Sequence record: NZ_CP110904.1
Length of the DNA stretch: 64,000 nucleotides
Strand: one strand, 5' to 3'
Origin: a plasmid
In this document: positions 18,287 through 27,187 of the stretch, one piece after another
Layout of the letters: every line of letters starts with the position of its first letter
Numbering within the stretch: position 1 is the stretch's first letter
Notes under the pieces: model-generated
The model's database searches: none
Told to the model about the DNA's origin: nothing
The model's input: the letters and a program-made list of their open reading frames with translations, nothing else
Position numbers and translations under genes: made by a program

Positions 18287-19222
18287 ATGTTTAATGAAAA
18301 CGATGATATAAATTTTGTTAGCGCCATGCTTAAAAAACAACTTGGTCTGACAGTAATTCAACAGGATATTAAACTGTTTGATAAGTCTAATTTCTTTGAA
18401 CAACTCTCATTCAAAGCAGAAGTGGCGACTGATGATTTGTTATTCTATCTTGATTCATATATCGAAGAGTTGATAAAACATAAAGCGCCGTATTCTGAAA
18501 CCGAAGTTCTCCGGAATAAAATCAAATACCTTTTTAAAGTATATGAAAAGTCTGGGTTTCAGAAAATAACAATTCGTGGTTATCATAATGCGCATAGCAC
18601 TATGAAATTTTTCGATATAGCAACATCAATATTGGCGGCCTCAGAATCGTTGCCTGAATATGATGAATTTCAGAAAGGTCTCAGAAAGGAAATTTATCAG
18701 AATAGAATGAGTGTTGACGGGAAAGTTCTTATTGCCCGGTATGCACTGAAGCAATTTTTCCATTCTGATTTTGGCGACTTTATCTATGAGTTTGAGAAAA
18801 AAATAACAGAGTGTCTATTTAATTCTCTTCAGGTTATCAAGTCTGTTAAAAATTCATTTCATAGTTTAGGTCAATATCAATATCACCGTCGTGTAAATCA
18901 TGAACTGATGTTGCATCTTGAGCTGAACACTGATGAATACCCGGCTTGCATGCCTGATCTTTACATTGGTTTCAATGAGTCTGAAGGCACGACGGGGGCG
19001 TATTGCGATGATGAAAAACTCATTCGTCTTTATACCTGCGTAAGTTCCGGACACGATGTGCCGGTTATGATGAACGTTCGTTTCACTGGCAGTGATGGGA
19101 GTGTTAAGTGTGAATCCTCGCACGGAACCTTCTCTTCTGTGGGACCTTGTGGCCGAGTACAAATCTGTGACAGAGCAGCGTTGATCCATGAAGCGATTGA
19201 AGAGTTTCGGGACGGTGTTTAA
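18287..19222 (+). CDS. Hypothetical protein (311 aa), tandem paralog A
   Basis: SD GAGGAAGT before the ATG at 18287. Core DGKVLIARYALKQFFHSDF...YQYHRRVNHELMLHLELNTDEY is paralogous to the 19399 gene. Confidence 0.65.
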   Translation: MFNENDDINFVSAMLKKQLGLTVIQQDIKLFDKSNFFEQLSFKAEVATDDLLFYLDSYIEELIKHKAPYSETEVLRNKIKYLFKVYEKSGFQKITIRGYHNAHSTMKFFDIATSILAASESLPEYDEFQKGLRKEIYQNRMSVDGKVLIARYALKQFFHSDFGDFIYEFEKKITECLFNSLQVIKSVKNSFHSLGQYQYHRRVNHELMLHLELNTDEYPACMPDLYIGFNESEGTTGAYCDDEKLIRLYTCVSSGHDVPVMMNVRFTGSDGSVKCESSHGTFSSVGPCGRVQICDRAALIHEAIEEFRDGV

Positions 19223-19336
19223 CCGGTCCTCATTCTCACCTCATCGTAAAAAGTAACTTTGTTCGACTAAATGATTGCGTTCACTTTCCTGTTTAACTGG
19301 CAGGATAGAATGATTTAGAAAAACATATTTTTATCC

Positions 19337-19372
19337 ACCCACTGGGGAAGTTGCTCCCCTATGGGGCACTTC
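19337..19372 (+). repeat. Structured intergenic repeat, copy (CCCACTGGGGAAGT-TGCTCCCCTATGGGGC-ACTTCC)
   Basis: Outer stem GGAAGT/ACTTCC. Inner CCCCTATGGGG. Confidence 0.7.
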
Positions 19373-19398
19373 CTTTCAATTTTCCTGAGGAAGTGAAA

Positions 19399-20355
19399 AT
19401 GACTAATTATACTGATAATCAAAACTACGTTCGTGCAGTACTGGCAGACATTGGCATTGATTTTGATGAGACAGAGATTCATATCAATGTCTCTCACTGC
19501 CAGGGCGACGAGGTTTCTTTTTCTTGCAGTATATCAGCCAGTGAATTAAGACAGTCTGTGGACCATTATGCGGAAACGCTTAATGCTACTCAACTGGATG
19601 GACTGGATGCTAATACCCTCAAGAAGCGCCTGGTTTACTTCCTTGAGGTCTTCGACCAAGTTTCCGGTCAGTATCTGGATATCTCTGGTAAACACTACGC
19701 GACTAGCCGCTTTGAATACGATGATGTCTGTTGTGATATCCTAAGTCTTTCTGCGGATAGCACACAACCTGGTGGCTATGATCGTGAAGAATACAAAAAA
19801 CTGATGGAAGTTGATGGACAGGTTTTAATCGCCCGTTTTGCACTGGAACAATTCTGGAATACGCATTTTATTGGGCTTATCAACTATGTATCAGATGAAA
19901 TAACATCCGGTCTTCATGATGCTTATCGCACTTTCAGTGATATAAGCATGGCCGCTTATACATTTAGTGAGTATTCATATTCACGTCGAATTACCGACGA
20001 ACTGAGTCTGCATATTTCACTTCAAGAGGACGATTTCGACGATCAATTAACCGATTGTTATATGGATGAAACAACGCTGCCGTCCGGCAAAGTAGTTTTA
20101 CGTCGTAATAATGAATCGATTATTGATATTTATGAAAGTTATGCTGCAAAATCTTACTTTCATATGGTTGCTCATGTTCGAGTCCTTGATCAAGATGGTG
20201 AAGTCGTTAATGAACTTTACCAAGGGGTGAATGTATCTGAATTGACTGGTGGCCGGGTTAAAATCCATGACCGTCAGGATCTAATTTATGAAGTATTCTC
20301 CACATTACGTAAACTCATCCCCGCTACAGAGGTTAAAGTCTCCGTTGCGGCATGA
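19399..20355 (+). CDS. Hypothetical protein (318 aa), tandem paralog B
   Basis: Same SD GAGGAAGT. Core DGQVLIARFALEQFWNTHF...YSYSRRITDELSLHISLQEDDF aligns with paralog A. Confidence 0.65.
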   Translation: MTNYTDNQNYVRAVLADIGIDFDETEIHINVSHCQGDEVSFSCSISASELRQSVDHYAETLNATQLDGLDANTLKKRLVYFLEVFDQVSGQYLDISGKHYATSRFEYDDVCCDILSLSADSTQPGGYDREEYKKLMEVDGQVLIARFALEQFWNTHFIGLINYVSDEITSGLHDAYRTFSDISMAAYTFSEYSYSRRITDELSLHISLQEDDFDDQLTDCYMDETTLPSGKVVLRRNNESIIDIYESYAAKSYFHMVAHVRVLDQDGEVVNELYQGVNVSELTGGRVKIHDRQDLIYEVFSTLRKLIPATEVKVSVAA

Positions 20356-20398
20356 GTGCTGAAGATAGTTTTATATCTTCAGTTTTTTATACTCCCAA

Positions 20399-20428
20399 GA
20401 AGGCACGGTTATCCGTGCCTTTTTTTAT
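20399..20428 (+). terminator. Rho-independent terminator ending the first gene train
   Basis: AAGGCACGG-TTAT-CCGTGCCTT followed by TTTTTTT. Confidence 0.75.
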
Positions 20429-20763
20429 TCCTCAAATCTGTTCTTTAATCCGCTATATTTCAACGTACTCATTGACCGATATGATTAACTGCATTGCTCT
20501 CCGGTCACAGCTCTTCATAAACCATCCGTTACCTTCCGCATCAACTCCAATCCAAAATTACACTCTTTCTGCTGCTTCCTTTCCTGCTCCGGTTAGTTTC
20601 AATTTTTTGACACGTGTTTCCGTTTCCGGCCGCAATCAGTCTACATGCTGGAGACTGCATAAATAAAATTTACTTACTTTGTTTTAGTTTCGCGAAAATA
20701 GGTCTCTTATCCGAAAAATGGAACGATAGAGATTTGTATACTGTTTAAAACAAAGGAGTGACT

Positions 20764-21033
20764 ATGCCTGCCACCATAAGTCTGAGCAATATCCCTGTGA
20801 ACTCGGTCTTTTCCCACGACCAAAGCCAGTTCTCTTATCGGCATGTTGATTTCAGTATTGAGTTGCTGCTTTCTTCGGGAAGTGACTCACAGCTGGAGTA
20901 TCTTTTTCTCAAACCGGCAGCTGAAGTAAAGGCCGATCTACAGCGTCGTTTAGGCCGTGGGGAACTCTTTGTGACAACAGACAGTTGCGACAATTTTAGC
21001 GAAGTCTATGGCTGTATGGGACACGATTGCTGA
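20764..21033 (+). CDS. Hypothetical protein (89 aa), first gene of the overlapping 9-gene operon
   Basis: SD AAGGAG lies 5 nt before the ATG at 20764 (track GTG at 20758). Candidate -10 TATACT at 20737. Confidence 0.5.
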   Translation: MPATISLSNIPVNSVFSHDQSQFSYRHVDFSIELLLSSGSDSQLEYLFLKPAAEVKADLQRRLGRGELFVTTDSCDNFSEVYGCMGHDC

Positions 21034-21679
21034 GGGCTTTATAAAGGCAGGCGTCCGATTTTATAACAATACGAGACACAAGCACCTAATGATGACTGAA
21101 TCGTTCTATGACTGGGTTGTGTACTGCATCACGGGCGTAATAATGGCGTCGGCGCTCCTCGAAGGAAAAAGAACCCGTTTCCCGGCTGCATTTTTTTACG
21201 GAAGCATTGTGCTTCTGGTTGTTTTGATTGTGGCCGGTGGCCTGAACTGGTGGTTTTACCGGTCAAAATTCGGCTCAGTCGTCGTTATTTTTGCTGCTAC
21301 AACACTGTTAATGACCCGATTCAGGATGGTCATTTATGCGCTCAGGTTTCGGTCGCTGGTTGCAGGTCTGCAATCACACGTTAACAAGGGGTTCAGGATA
21401 ATCCTCGTTTTACCCGAAAATGAGGACGAGAAGATCGTATTAATGAGCATGTTGTCTAAAAAAATACCCGCAGGCGCGTTGTTTTATACCCAAACTGCTC
21501 TGGGTCCATATTCAGGGGATCTACTGCATGCATTGGGACAAAAACATCTTATGGGCGAAGGTTACCTGCTTCTCTGTGAGCAACAACTTCCTGCCCGAAC
21601 CTGGCTAAGCACTGTGGAAAACGGTGAACCAGAGACGTCTCTTGCAGTCAATTTTCATTCGATCCCTGATATGGAGTGA
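21008..21679 (+). CDS. Hypothetical membrane protein (223 aa)
   Basis: Several hydrophobic helices (ITGVIMASALL, IVLLVVLIVAGGLNWWF, VVVIFAATTLLM). Overlaps the previous gene. Confidence 0.55.
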   Translation: MAVWDTIAEGFIKAGVRFYNNTRHKHLMMTESFYDWVVYCITGVIMASALLEGKRTRFPAAFFYGSIVLLVVLIVAGGLNWWFYRSKFGSVVVIFAATTLLMTRFRMVIYALRFRSLVAGLQSHVNKGFRIILVLPENEDEKIVLMSMLSKKIPAGALFYTQTALGPYSGDLLHALGQKHLMGEGYLLLCEQQLPARTWLSTVENGEPETSLAVNFHSIPDME

Positions 21680-21686
21680 TACCCCT

Positions 21687-21944
21687 ATGTACAATACCGA
21701 TTCACAGACCGTACCAGCTGACACCCTGTGTGAAAGCAGTTCTCAGGTGAAAATTCAGTTAAGTCGAAGTGCCTCCCGGGCGCTGACGACGGCGAAAGAA
21801 ATTCTTGAAACCCGGGGACTGGAATCTGTATCAACTGAAGATCTCGTTCGGGCATGCCTCGAAGAAAATCATCCTCTCGATCTGGCCAGCATCTATCTTG
21901 AGCATCGACTAAAACAGAAGGGGACCAGCATCTGCGAATTTTAG
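21687..21944 (+). CDS. Hypothetical protein (85 aa)
   Basis: SD GGAGTGA before the ATG at 21687 (track 21624). Confidence 0.45.
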   Translation: MYNTDSQTVPADTLCESSSQVKIQLSRSASRALTTAKEILETRGLESVSTEDLVRACLEENHPLDLASIYLEHRLKQKGTSICEF

Positions 21945-22017
21945 CGTTTTGCAACCTATTGGGGAAAATCCGGAATGTGTTTAAATAGCTGTAAATAAAG
22001 CAATCTACAGGTAAATC

Positions 22018-22554
22018 ATGAAAAGCAATCTTCATCCTTTTGGAGCGTCTGGCACGAAACGAGTACTCAAAACGGACATTGCGTTGTCGCTGCTCTGTTG
22101 GATGTTTACCAGTCCCTTTAGCAACTGGACCGAAAAATATTTTACCGGCACAGAGGTGCCTGAAGCACCGATGCCCGAGTTGGGTCAGGCACCTGAGGCT
22201 ATCTTTCGATTTGTGCTTAATGATGATGGTTTTGATGTTGGTTATGACGCTGTGGGTATGGATCTCTGCTGTTTCTCTATCCCACTATCTGCAATGCCAA
22301 CAGTAAATCTCGACGAAGAAGAGACGTTATCCAGGCTGACTGGCGAAATGATCCACGGCGTACTGCTTTCTCTGCCTGAGTACCTTGAGATGCCAGACAG
22401 GCTTGTCTATCAGCTAAATGATGAGGTAATGGCGTTCAATTCACACTGTGGCAACGGAATTCTCCATGGATGGACGTCAGCGCAAGAGCTGTGGCGAAAC
22501 GAGATCTTGCCACGCACACCTATTTTGATGCAGCACACCTCAGTCATTCACTGA
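22018..22554 (+). CDS. Hypothetical protein (178 aa)
   Basis: ORF in the operon. No recognisable domain. Confidence 0.55.
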   Translation: MKSNLHPFGASGTKRVLKTDIALSLLCWMFTSPFSNWTEKYFTGTEVPEAPMPELGQAPEAIFRFVLNDDGFDVGYDAVGMDLCCFSIPLSAMPTVNLDEEETLSRLTGEMIHGVLLSLPEYLEMPDRLVYQLNDEVMAFNSHCGNGILHGWTSAQELWRNEILPRTPILMQHTSVIH

Positions 22555-22570
22555 GTTCCGGGGGCTCTGG

Positions 22571-23017
22571 ATGAAAAAGCGACTTTACCTGTTGGAATGG
22601 AAACTTTGTGAGACACGAGCCTGGTTAGGATGGATGGTTTTTTGGTTGATCATCAGTTTTATGCTGTTATCTGCGATGTTGATGACAGGGCATTTGCTAA
22701 ACAAGTTTGTCCTAGCGCCCGTCTGGCTGTTTATCTGGTGCTCTCCCTGGTTATGCTTCTTGTTGAAGGTACGCGTGACCGAGATTGATAAAGGGCTGGT
22801 GAATACCCTTCAGCTCGGAGGTTTACCGGTTTGTCGGTGGAGCCGTCCTGTAGTTCCCGGCATTTGGTCTGTTGATCGAATGAACGGCCGCTACAGGCTG
22901 AACCGTATTGGCACGGATGGCCTAACGGTACATTATCCGTGGCGCTTGCATTATCAGCCTTTGTTCCTGACTCCGGATAACCAGATTTCTGATATTAACG
23001 GGGGTAAACATGAATGA
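22571..23017 (+). CDS. Hypothetical membrane protein (148 aa)
   Basis: Two hydrophobic helices (WLGWMVFWLIISFMLLSAMLM, VLAPVWLFIWCSPWLCFLL). Its stop overlaps the next start. Confidence 0.55.
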   Translation: MKKRLYLLEWKLCETRAWLGWMVFWLIISFMLLSAMLMTGHLLNKFVLAPVWLFIWCSPWLCFLLKVRVTEIDKGLVNTLQLGGLPVCRWSRPVVPGIWSVDRMNGRYRLNRIGTDGLTVHYPWRLHYQPLFLTPDNQISDINGGKHE

Positions 23018-23618
23018 AAAATATGACGCTGTAGTGAGTGCAGCTACCTCCTGTCTGTTGTATGTCCGTGAAAACGGAAGGTCAGGCCTCGGGGAATGCC
23101 CGGTGGCGTATTCGAATGAACTCATCAACAGATGGCTTAGTTCGGCTGAACGTCGTAATTTGCATTCTCGTCAGTGTTTGCGTTCGATCCGAACCATTCT
23201 GAAGCAAGCCAGAAAGTGTCGTCAGCCTGATTTTAAGAGCGTGATGCATTTGCTGGTGGAAGGTAATGGCGTTATCCCGGATGTTACAGTATCGGATTTG
23301 GGTAATGTGCAGAGTATACGAAATGAACTTATTGGACTGGGCTGGTGGGTGAAGTTCGGTGTACCGCTGGACTGGCAGCGTATCAATCTGCAACACAGGC
23401 CTGTCAGTTTTGGCCTTTTGTCCGACCTTAATCGTTGTTTCAGGCATGACGGCCAGCAGGCTGAACCTCTGCCCCTTTATACAACAGGCAATTCCGATGA
23501 ACTGCGGAAGGTGTTGGAAAAGTACAGCTACCGGCTGCGTATCGCATCTTCAGAAGTGGTTGAGGATGTAACGGTGTTGCGCTGTTTTATTGAAACCGGA
23601 GTGATGAATGTCCAGTGA
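23010..23618 (+). CDS. Hypothetical protein (202 aa)
   Basis: 8-nt overlap with the upstream gene. The next gene overlaps by 11 nt. Confidence 0.55.
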   Translation: MNEKYDAVVSAATSCLLYVRENGRSGLGECPVAYSNELINRWLSSAERRNLHSRQCLRSIRTILKQARKCRQPDFKSVMHLLVEGNGVIPDVTVSDLGNVQSIRNELIGLGWWVKFGVPLDWQRINLQHRPVSFGLLSDLNRCFRHDGQQAEPLPLYTTGNSDELRKVLEKYSYRLRIASSEVVEDVTVLRCFIETGVMNVQ

Positions 23619-24567
23619 AAATTTACCTTTCTACCGTGATCGGATTCTGGAGCGAATTGAACAGCTCAGAGCCTTTCTGAATAACCATCAGCCGGTGATG
23701 GCGGAACTGATGACTGTGGGGGCCGTCACGCGCCACGAAGAGCGGCTGAAAGAGGTTACCCCAATTGAGGTGAGTACTATTTCTGATGCCTCTGTAGATG
23801 ACATTATCCGTGTATTTCAGGATTTTTGTATCGATGACATCGATGTACTCAGCAGGAATTCAACGAAAGTAACGACCAAATATCCGGGGCTGATTATTGT
23901 TCCTGAGGGTGCCGAACTGCTGAGCAGAATTATTCGCGATATCAACGACGCCAAAACTGACTTTGCCTCAGCTATGAAAAGGGTAAATGATGAGAAACAC
24001 ATCCGCTTTGAGGAAGTTCACCGTAAACTTCCCGGCCTTGTGACAGTGGCGTCTACTCGCAAAATTATGTTTGTGGAGGCACGGCTTAAAAAAGTTACTT
24101 TTTGCTGGCGACTAAACCGGAACCAGGTAAAAACCAACGCCAGTGAGCTCATCGCGATGCTGGATAAGCGTCGTACGGCAGCGGTCAAATCGCCAGCGAC
24201 CACTGACCTGACAGTGGTTGCGAACATCGATAGGGCGAAGGCATTACTTGAAAGAAAGGTCCTACAAGACGGGGATGCGTTACGTCTTTGTCGGACCAAT
24301 ACCTTCCCGGTTCCGATCGCGCATCTGTTCTCATACCGTCCTGAAGGCACGGAGCGTGGAAGTAGCAAATACGCCGAGACGGATTACAAGGTGGTGAAAG
24401 CCTCACTGCCCATTTTCGCTGTTGGACAAAAGCCAGCATTTAAAGGTCTTCAGAACTGGGTGCCTGCGTCGGATGACGCACCGTCAAATGCACGAAGGAT
24501 CAACCATAGCTACACGGAGCTTGTACCCGGTGCGGATCTTGGCATTTTCATTATGAGTAAGGTCTGA
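23608..24567 (+). CDS. Hypothetical protein (319 aa)
   Basis: Overlapping, translationally coupled ORF. Confidence 0.55.
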   Translation: MSSENLPFYRDRILERIEQLRAFLNNHQPVMAELMTVGAVTRHEERLKEVTPIEVSTISDASVDDIIRVFQDFCIDDIDVLSRNSTKVTTKYPGLIIVPEGAELLSRIIRDINDAKTDFASAMKRVNDEKHIRFEEVHRKLPGLVTVASTRKIMFVEARLKKVTFCWRLNRNQVKTNASELIAMLDKRRTAAVKSPATTDLTVVANIDRAKALLERKVLQDGDALRLCRTNTFPVPIAHLFSYRPEGTERGSSKYAETDYKVVKASLPIFAVGQKPAFKGLQNWVPASDDAPSNARRINHSYTELVPGADLGIFIMSKV

Positions 24568-24577
24568 GGAGAAAAGC

Positions 24578-25486
24578 ATGCAATGGATCTCCACTACCAG
24601 CCAGAAGCTCGATGAGAGACTTTATCGTGTCTGTGTCTGGGTGAAAAAATACCACGAGGACGCTATTAACCGTGTTGTATTGACGGTGGATCTCAGTAAA
24701 GCCCGACATGACCCGGGAGAGGATAAGGTACGGTCCGAGTTACTGTGTGGCCATTACTTTCTCATGAGGAAGGAAAACAATGCGAAATCGGCGCCAGCGG
24801 ATCAAAACTTTGAATTTTTACCTGACGGCCGCAACCTGAGCTGGCAGACGTCGACCCCGGGGCTTCAGCAGCTTCTGCTGAACAATAATGTACCGGAGTC
24901 CCTCAGGACCCTGGCTGATTATATTCACATGCGTCTGACCAAACTGACAATGGTCCCGATGTCGGGAACCATAATGAAAGCTGCACAGGAAGACAGTATC
25001 AGCTGGGTGAAAGTGGATCTGCGATATTTCTGGCAGTATGAACTGGTTGATTCCCATCTGGGACCTGTCCAGGTGTCTCATAAGGCGCTTGTGCGTTTTG
25101 GCCGTCTGGCTAAACACGATGAAAATGCCAGCGCTATTCGTATGCTTCGCCAGCGGTTGTCATCACCATTTATTCAGGAATATGAGATGCCTGAGGAGGA
25201 GCTGAAGCGTAAGCAACAGATCATGAATACCGCCGATGTGAAAATGCTTTTTCATGCTCATTATCCGGGGCAGAAATTGCTGTTGGCCCGGTATGCCAAT
25301 GGCTGGGTGCTGGTGGATTGTTTCCTGTTCCACCATATCAAACCCAAAAAGAAGGCGAAAAACAAAACCAAAGCAGGCAAATCAGAAACACAAAATATAA
25401 AAACGACGGGGAGTGAGGATCATGGAACTGGGCATTATGGTGTGCATCGTGTTGTTACTCTCACTGGCAGCGGTGTGGATCAGTAA
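24578..25486 (+). CDS. Hypothetical protein (302 aa) with a Lys-rich C-terminal tail
   Basis: C-terminus KPKKKAKNKTKAGKSETQNIKTTG. SD GGAGAAAAGC before the ATG. Confidence 0.55.
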   Translation: MQWISTTSQKLDERLYRVCVWVKKYHEDAINRVVLTVDLSKARHDPGEDKVRSELLCGHYFLMRKENNAKSAPADQNFEFLPDGRNLSWQTSTPGLQQLLLNNNVPESLRTLADYIHMRLTKLTMVPMSGTIMKAAQEDSISWVKVDLRYFWQYELVDSHLGPVQVSHKALVRFGRLAKHDENASAIRMLRQRLSSPFIQEYEMPEEELKRKQQIMNTADVKMLFHAHYPGQKLLLARYANGWVLVDCFLFHHIKPKKKAKNKTKAGKSETQNIKTTGSEDHGTGHYGVHRVVTLTGSGVDQ

Positions 25487-25766
25487 CAAGGCGGTGGGAT
25501 TACTGGAAATCCATTATTTTAAGCGACCGCTGAGCATGGAATATGCGGCGTGGCTGAGGGTGATGTGTGCCGGTTTGTTGTTTATTTTTATCCAGATGGC
25601 CCCGGCATTCACGTTTCTGTATACGCTTAAGCTGGTGGCACTGTTAAACTTGGGTGTGCAAACTATGAAGCTTAACGGCGTTTATAAAATGAAACGCACA
25701 GGTATGCTGCCGCCGAAAGACGCCCTTCAGGATCTGAACCGGTTTAATCCTTTCCGTAAGAAATAA
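25422..25766 (+). CDS. Small membrane protein (114 aa)
   Basis: SD GAGTGAGGA before the ATG at 25422 (track 25413). Three hydrophobic helices. It ends 24 nt before the stop of the convergent integrase. Confidence 0.45.
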   Translation: MELGIMVCIVLLLSLAAVWISNKAVGLLEIHYFKRPLSMEYAAWLRVMCAGLLFIFIQMAPAFTFLYTLKLVALLNLGVQTMKLNGVYKMKRTGMLPPKDALQDLNRFNPFRKK

Positions 25767-25790
25767 CCCTCAGCAGCGCCCGCATGGGCG

Positions 25791-26981
25791 CTACTCATCC
25801 AGCGCTCCGCGCATGAATTGCGTCATCGCTTTTTTACCAGCTTCAATGTTACGGATATAGCGTGAAACCATCTCCGCGTTGCTCCAGTTACCCATCTCCA
25901 TGATCTGCAAGAGCGTATACCCGGCATGAGCAAGTTCGATGGCACCGCCTACGCGGACGCTGTGACCGGTCCAGCATCGGGTGCCCGTTTCCTGCGGATG
26001 AAGCTCTTCCCAAAGCGCTTCAAAGGCCCGGAGTAGCGTGTTCTTACTAAGCATACCCTCATCCTCGACGGGAATGGGTTCGCCATTTCCCCCGAGCGGG
26101 GTTCGGGTAGGCAGATAGGGCATGTTATGGTTTCTCAGCAGCGCATTGATTTCGTTACCCTGGCTTCGTAAACCCCATTCAGGTGGCATATATCCGTTAT
26201 CCTGAAAGTTAACGGCCTGAAAGAGATAGTCCTTCGGATGGCTGTATTGATCCCTTCCGACCATACCCATCAGCCTTCTCAGTGTGGCTGTGAGGTTAGG
26301 GGTCAGATGATAGGTGAGCAGGGTACTGACAGTGGATTTTGTCCGGTATACCGTCAAGGTAAAGCTGCCGGTCTTTTCATCCAGCACAAGGTCTTCCATC
26401 CGAATTCGCCTGATCTCCGCTGAGCGAAGCAGTGTTTCAAACCCTGTCCAAATTAGGCAAAGGTCGCGGAGTTTGCGCACCGACTGCGTCGTACTGTGTG
26501 CTTTAATCAATGCCTTTAGATCCGTCACCATGAATGGCGTAGCCTGGCGGGTAACTTTCTGCTTTCGGGCTTCAGCCTGTTCGAGGGCCGCAAGAATATA
26601 ACCCACTTCAGATGTGATGATCCCAGGCTGATCGAGTGCTTTCCTTTGGATACTGTTCAGGGCATGCAGGCACCCTTTAATACTGCTTCGTGACAGTGAC
26701 TTCTGAAGATGGTCTAAATAGGCCAGCAGTGGAGTTTCAGTCACCGGGAGAGAGCTGGCGGGCCAATCTTCGTTCACCTCCTTTCCTGCATTTGCCTGAT
26801 ACCACTCATTCCAGGAACGCAGCCAATGGAGATACGTCTTAGCCGTATGGTATTTCAGGTGAGAAAAATAGCGGATGAGGCGCATCAGTTGCTTGTCATT
26901 AACTTTAACCGTAGACAATTGTTGATGGAGATCGTTGTCTGCAAACCGTCTGGTTACTGGCTGGCTATTCATTGTGTCCAC
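25791..26981 (-). CDS. Tyrosine site-specific integrase/recombinase (396 aa)
   Basis: C-terminal catalytic signature TGHSVRVGGAIELAHAGYTLLQIMEMGNWSNAEMVSRYIRN carries the H-x-x-R box and the Tyr nucleophile. There is also an N-terminal SAM-like domain. Confidence 0.85.
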   Translation of the reverse strand: MDTMNSQPVTRRFADNDLHQQLSTVKVNDKQLMRLIRYFSHLKYHTAKTYLHWLRSWNEWYQANAGKEVNEDWPASSLPVTETPLLAYLDHLQKSLSRSSIKGCLHALNSIQRKALDQPGIITSEVGYILAALEQAEARKQKVTRQATPFMVTDLKALIKAHSTTQSVRKLRDLCLIWTGFETLLRSAEIRRIRMEDLVLDEKTGSFTLTVYRTKSTVSTLLTYHLTPNLTATLRRLMGMVGRDQYSHPKDYLFQAVNFQDNGYMPPEWGLRSQGNEINALLRNHNMPYLPTRTPLGGNGEPIPVEDEGMLSKNTLLRAFEALWEELHPQETGTRCWTGHSVRVGGAIELAHAGYTLLQIMEMGNWSNAEMVSRYIRNIEAGKKAMTQFMRGALDE

Positions 26982-27187
26982 CTGAATACACTGTTTTTAT
27001 TTACAGCCATTTTAGCATTGCGGTACCTGCTTATGAACAGGTTCCGGGCAACAAAAAAAGGGGGCCCGCCAGTTCAGCAACGAGCCGGAGTTATACGTCA
27101 AATAGTTGCAAAAAAAATTAGATTCCCGGAACAAATCCACATAAGATTGGGATACTGTACTTTTGCTGAAAATAACTTAAGGTTGAC

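Noticed and set aside
26982-27187. Looked for a tRNA or tmRNA gene as integration target next to the integrase, and for one in 5567-5939
   Set aside because: No cloverleaf-compatible segment (no GTTC-loop or acceptor-stem pairing) was found by eye. The region is AT-rich promoter-like DNA. A proper tRNAscan run would be needed to exclude one formally.
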